49,105 nt of DNA. It comes from Bacteroidota bacterium (GTDB lineage: Bacteria > Bacteroidota > Ignavibacteria > UBA10030 > UBA8401). How positions within the stretch are numbered: position 1 is the stretch's first letter; each line of letters begins with the position of its first letter. Positions 45,046-49,105 of the stretch are shown here, piece by piece. Under the pieces are notes generated by a model. It was not told the DNA's origin. It saw nothing but the letters and a program-made list of their open reading frames with translations, and searched no databases. The translations under genes were made by a program, and so were the position numbers. Where the stretch lies: assembly GCA_023229405.1 (NCBI GenBank), contig JALNZH010000001.1:1-49105 (forward strand), written 5' to 3'.

Positions 45046-46793
45046 TAAAAATCCCTCCGTAACGACCGGATCCCGACAATATGTGCGGCGACCGAAATGA
45101 ATGCCGATGGAATAAGAATTACGCCGACAACAATCTGCAGCATAGACCAATTGATCGGCTGCCGTTTCATGTCGGCACTAAACAGCATGGTTGCTGGGAA
45201 ATAATACACCGCCAGCAGCAGCACAAGGTACACCACGCTCAATAAAAATGTCATAGTTGCTCCCTGAGACGAAGCAATGCGGATCGGATTCTTTTCGATA
45301 AAATTTGCATATACAGAACCCAGTCCGAAATTTAGACTGACAAGTGTTACCGTGACAATTGGCGTGATGATCATTGAACAATACGCCAGAATTTTTACCT
45401 GATATTTCGGCACGATATATTCTACTATCCATGGATGGTCTCCCGTTATTTTGTGAACAAACAAATACGGAATATTTGAAAGAAAAGCGATCACGATACT
45501 TAACACACCGAGAATAGTCATTACTAGAAAAAATTTGATCCAATACACTGTTGTTGCGGATATCGGGGCGCTTCGCATGGACCAGTATGCGTTCCCTTCA
45601 AGACTCACCATCGGAAACGCAAACCGGAGCGCCAATGAATTGATTAAAAAGATATTAAAGATAAAAACGACAAGATAGACCACCGCCTGAAGATCTGTCG
45701 ATTCCAGTTTGATATTCAGCGTACTGACGCTTGACAAAAAAATCACCAGCAATCCCATCATCACAATAAAATGGATCCATTGGATCGGCTCGCGAACAAA
45801 TTGCCAGAATTCCTTCTTTAATAATACTTCTACATGAGGCGAAAACGACGAGATACTTCCAAAACTGAAGAACCGATTCTTAAACTGCAGTGTTTTCATC
45901 GTCAGAGATTTGATGGAAAGCGACATGATCCAGGTGGAATAGTAATAGGCATCGGCAATCGCCAGTGCGAAGAGAAACAGTCCGACCGTAGACATCACCA
46001 GCATCACTGTATATCCCACAACGGCCGATGCATTTCCGGTGACATAAAAATACATGATCTCGGAAACCCAAAAATTAGGAAGGATTTTCAGCGGCATCGG
46101 ATCGAGCGAACCGAAATACATATCGACGTTCGGATAGTACTTCATTACTTCACGGACAAGATTCACCGGACTGGACACCGTAAAATAGAGATACACCTGA
46201 CCGATATACAGAAGAACAATTCCTGCGATCAACAGACGAAAATTAATCTTCGACGCAAGTTTCATCAGTAGCAACAGCACGATTACGGCCACGCATGCGG
46301 CAAAAAACATAAACGGCACCAATACACCGAACATCATCACCAGATAAAAATGCCACGGCAATTCAAAATAGACGCCGTATCCCAGCAGCACTGAAAATCC
46401 GACCATAAATAATGTGCCGGAACTGTAGAAAAAATTATCGAGGAATTTGATTACGAAGATGTTCAGATACGATACTGGTGTAGTCAACAGAAACTGCACC
46501 TCTGGAGTGCGGTACAATGTGGAAAAAGAAACGACCATGTTGCCGAGATTGATCGTCACAAAAAAAACGAACAGCAGCATGCCGATAAAACGGTGAAACA
46601 AAAACAGGCCGATCTTCACGTTCTCTAAAAGATACGCCGTAACAAAATTTGAAAAATAGAATGCACCGACGGCGAATGATCCGAAGACAACGAATGAACC
46701 GATAGTACGAATCACCGTTCCAAGGTCTTGCTTGAAGGATACCTTCCAGAACATCAGGTTCTTGAACCACAGAATATGATAAAAGGTGTTCAC
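45045..46793 (-). CDS. Large polytopic ABC-exporter permease-like membrane protein
   Basis: 582 aa, almost entirely hydrophobic helices (more than 10). The GTG start overlaps the ATPase stop (GTGA), implying translational coupling. No specific family recognised. Confidence 0.75.
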   Translation of the reverse strand: MNTFYHILWFKNLMFWKVSFKQDLGTVIRTIGSFVVFGSFAVGAFYFSNFVTAYLLENVKIGLFLFHRFIGMLLFVFFVTINLGNMVVSFSTLYRTPEVQFLLTTPVSYLNIFVIKFLDNFFYSSGTLFMVGFSVLLGYGVYFELPWHFYLVMMFGVLVPFMFFAACVAVIVLLLLMKLASKINFRLLIAGIVLLYIGQVYLYFTVSSPVNLVREVMKYYPNVDMYFGSLDPMPLKILPNFWVSEIMYFYVTGNASAVVGYTVMLVMSTVGLFLFALAIADAYYYSTWIMSLSIKSLTMKTLQFKNRFFSFGSISSFSPHVEVLLKKEFWQFVREPIQWIHFIVMMGLLVIFLSSVSTLNIKLESTDLQAVVYLVVFIFNIFLINSLALRFAFPMVSLEGNAYWSMRSAPISATTVYWIKFFLVMTILGVLSIVIAFLSNIPYLFVHKITGDHPWIVEYIVPKYQVKILAYCSMIITPIVTVTLVSLNFGLGSVYANFIEKNPIRIASSQGATMTFLLSVVYLVLLLAVYYFPATMLFSADMKRQPINWSMLQIVVGVILIPSAFISVAAHIVGIRSLRRDF

Positions 46794-47524
46794 TCTTCGT
46801 CCGATTCCTTCGTCAGTTCCAGGAACACCGATTCAAGATTCCCTTCGTATTTCGTTTTGTGCAGATGCAGATTCTCTTTCGAATCGAGAAAGATGATTTT
46901 ACTTTTATTGATGATGCCAATCCGGTCGCACAATTCTTCCGCCATCTCCAGAATGTGCGTGGACATAAAAATAGATGCCCCATCCTCCGCCATTTTTTTC
47001 AGCGAATCTTTCACGATGCGCGCGCTCCGCGGATCGAGCCCGACCATCGGTTCATCGATAATGATCGTCTTTGGTTGATGAACGAAGGCGGATGCAAATG
47101 TTACACGCTGACGCATCCCCTGCGAATAATCCTCCGTTTTTTTATCGATCCAGCTCGCCAATTCAAGCAGATCAATTACCCGGTCCACATTTTCCTTCAA
47201 ATTGTTCTTTTCCATTTTATACAGACCGCCCATATAATAGATAAACTCCCTGCCGGTCAGTTTATCATACAGATATGGATGGTCCGGTATATAACCGAAA
47301 GTCGCTTTCGCTTCCTGCGGCTGTGCCGCTACATCAAAACCATTAATCACAATCGATCCGGAAGTGGGTGTAAAGAGTCCGGTCATCATTTTAATTGTGG
47401 TCGTTTTCCCAGCGCCGTTTGGACCGAGGAATCCGAAAAATTCACCTGACGGGATCGAGAGCGATACATCATCCACAGCAACGAAGTTTCCGAATGTTTT
47501 ACAAAGATGGTGAAGTTCGATCAT
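46790..47524 (-). CDS. ABC transporter ATP-binding protein (ABC-2/CcmA-like)
   Basis: Walker A GPNGAGKTTT, Q-loop, signature YSQGMRQRV, Walker B TIIIDEP and an H-loop STH. Confidence 0.92.
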   Translation of the reverse strand: MIELHHLCKTFGNFVAVDDVSLSIPSGEFFGFLGPNGAGKTTTIKMMTGLFTPTSGSIVINGFDVAAQPQEAKATFGYIPDHPYLYDKLTGREFIYYMGGLYKMEKNNLKENVDRVIDLLELASWIDKKTEDYSQGMRQRVTFASAFVHQPKTIIIDEPMVGLDPRSARIVKDSLKKMAEDGASIFMSTHILEMAEELCDRIGIINKSKIIFLDSKENLHLHKTKYEGNLESVFLELTKESDEE

Positions 47525-47533
47525 AGGGTTGAG

Positions 47534-49075
47534 TTACTCCCACTCGATAGTTGCCGGTGGTTTTGAACTGATATCATACACCACTCGGTTGATCCCTCGA
47601 ACTTCGTTAATGATTCTGTTAGAAACATGGGCGAGAAATTCGTAGGGCAAATGCGCCCAGTCGGCTGTCATACCGTCCACACTCGTCACGGCTCGGAGTG
47701 CCACCGTGTTTTCGTATGTACGCTCATCCCCCATCACGCCGACCGATTGAACAGGCAGCAGCACGGCAAACGCCTGCCAGGTGGAATGGTACAGGTTCTG
47801 TTTCCTCAATTCGCCGATAAAAATTTCATCCGCGCTCCGCAGCACTTCCAGCCGTTCTTTCGTGATTGATCCTAAAATACGGATTGCCAATCCCGGTCCG
47901 GGGAATGGATGTCGATCAATCAGAGCATCCGATAATCCCAATTTTCGTCCCACCGCGCGTACCTCATCTTTAAATAATTCCCGGAATGGTTCGATTAATT
48001 TTAGGTTCATTTTCTCCGGTAGCCCCCCCACATTATGATGCGTTTTAATCGTTTGGGATGGGCCTTTAAATGAAACCGATTCGATCACATCGGGATATAA
48101 CGTTCCTTGCGCCAGAAAATCTGCGCCGCTTACTTTTTTTGCCTCGGTATCGAAAATATCGATAAACGTTTTTCCGATAATCTTTCTCTTCAGTTCCGGA
48201 TCGTACACGCCGTCCAACCGAGTAAGAAATGTTTCCGTCCCGTCCACAAAATCGAGCGCAATATGATATTCATCGCGGAAGGTTTTCACAACCTGTTGGC
48301 TTTCGCCCCGCCGCATCAATCCGTTGTCAATATGAATACAGAACAGTTGATCGCCGATTGCTTTATGCAACAGCACGGCGGCAACGGACGAATCAACACC
48401 ACCGCTTAAAGCGCAAAGAACTTTTTTGGTTCCCACCTTCGCACGGATATTGGCAATAGCGCTTTCAATGAATGAGTCGGCATTCCAGTTTCCGCTGCAG
48501 CCGCAAATATCTTTGACGAAATTGGAAAGAACTTTTTTTCCTTCTTTTGAATGGACCACTTCCGGATGGAACTGAATGCCGAAGATTTTTTTCTCGGCAT
48601 TCCGGATCGCACAGATTCCGGCGTTTTCCGAATGGGCGATCTTCTCAAATCCTGTTGGCATCGCTGTCACTTCATCGCCGTGGCTCATCCAGACTTCCGT
48701 TTGCTGGGTAAGATTTTTAAATATGTCGCCGTTGTCGTCCATTAAAAGCTGTGCACGGCCGAATTCCCTCCGCGGCGCTTTCGTCACCGCACCGCCGTTT
48801 TGAAATGCGATCAATTGAAGGCCATAACAAATTCCCAGTACCGGCACGCCGAGCGAATAGATGCGTGAATCCGGAATGGGTGCGTCAGGAGCGTAAACGC
48901 TGGACGGTCCGCCGGAAAGGATAATTCCTTTTGGCTGAAATGATTCAATCGCAGTAAACGGAACATTAAACGGATGGATCTCACAATACACATTCAGTTC
49001 GCGAATGCGGCGGGCGATGAGCTGCGTAAATTGAGAACCAAAATCGAGGATAAGAATTGATTCAGAGTGGGTCAT
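47534..49075 (-). CDS. guaA: GMP synthase (glutamine-hydrolysing)
   Basis: GATase-1 N-terminus ([30 protein letters not shown]). ATP-PPase P-loop [10 protein letters not shown]-terminal dimerisation domain ending PPATIEWE. The start at 49073-49075 ([13 protein letters not shown]) is preferred over 49096. Confidence 0.96.
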   Translation of the reverse strand: MTHSESILILDFGSQFTQLIARRIRELNVYCEIHPFNVPFTAIESFQPKGIILSGGPSSVYAPDAPIPDSRIYSLGVPVLGICYGLQLIAFQNGGAVTKAPRREFGRAQLLMDDNGDIFKNLTQQTEVWMSHGDEVTAMPTGFEKIAHSENAGICAIRNAEKKIFGIQFHPEVVHSKEGKKVLSNFVKDICGCSGNWNADSFIESAIANIRAKVGTKKVLCALSGGVDSSVAAVLLHKAIGDQLFCIHIDNGLMRRGESQQVVKTFRDEYHIALDFVDGTETFLTRLDGVYDPELKRKIIGKTFIDIFDTEAKKVSGADFLAQGTLYPDVIESVSFKGPSQTIKTHHNVGGLPEKMNLKLIEPFRELFKDEVRAVGRKLGLSDALIDRHPFPGPGLAIRILGSITKERLEVLRSADEIFIGELRKQNLYHSTWQAFAVLLPVQSVGVMGDERTYENTVALRAVTSVDGMTADWAHLPYEFLAHVSNRIINEVRGINRVVYDISSKPPATIEWE

Positions 49076-49105
49076 TGGAAAAAAAATGAAGTTCATGGAT
49101 GGTTT

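Noticed and set aside
1-49105. Scan for CRISPR-like direct repeats, long tandem repeats, tRNA cloverleaves and rRNA fragments in all intergenic gaps of 60 nt or more.
   Set aside because: I found nothing beyond the two-copy element, a (GCTG)3 microsatellite and isolated hairpins. The scan was by eye, so short or degenerate features could have been missed.

Overview
49.1-kb chromosomal segment that looks like core genome of an FCB-group bacterium. An Ignavibacteriota/Bacteroidota-like origin is my inference from three T9SS type-A C-terminal sorting domains, several LPP20-type lipoproteins and clear AGGAG-type ribosome-binding sites. I call about 42 protein-coding genes, and all but two (a 3' gene fragment at 1-252 and a tandem-PDZ gene at 19507-20424) lie on the minus strand. 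Many are joined by ATGA/TAATG/GTGA overlaps. Recognisable housekeeping anchors are guaA, uvrC, radC, aroK-aroB, carB, cstA, ppx/gppA, methylmalonyl-CoA epimerase and a PpiD/SurA-like chaperone. I found no rRNA, tRNA, CRISPR array, transposase, integrase, phage gene or canonical defence/toxin-antitoxin module. Eleven ORF-track entries begin at upstream GTG/TTG codons; I trimmed these to ATG starts supported by an SD motif, a signal peptide or overlap with the upstream stop codon. Two things stand out. (1) A two-copy, same-orientation intergenic element (992-1180 and 20427-20645) has a conserved promoter-like 5' block and a hairpin whose inner stem differs in sequence but still pairs, which suggests a small-RNA or MITE-like family. 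(2) An 11.5-kb co-directional run of exclusively envelope proteins (16390 down to 4897) comprises a CHASE2 cyclase, an SH3b-M48 protease, a giant beta-propeller, an MltC-like transglycosylase, three LPP20-fold proteins, PrsW and a DUF2135-like protein; as a set it matches no system I know. All family calls rest on motif recognition by eye. No homology search, RNA folding or covariance statistic was run.
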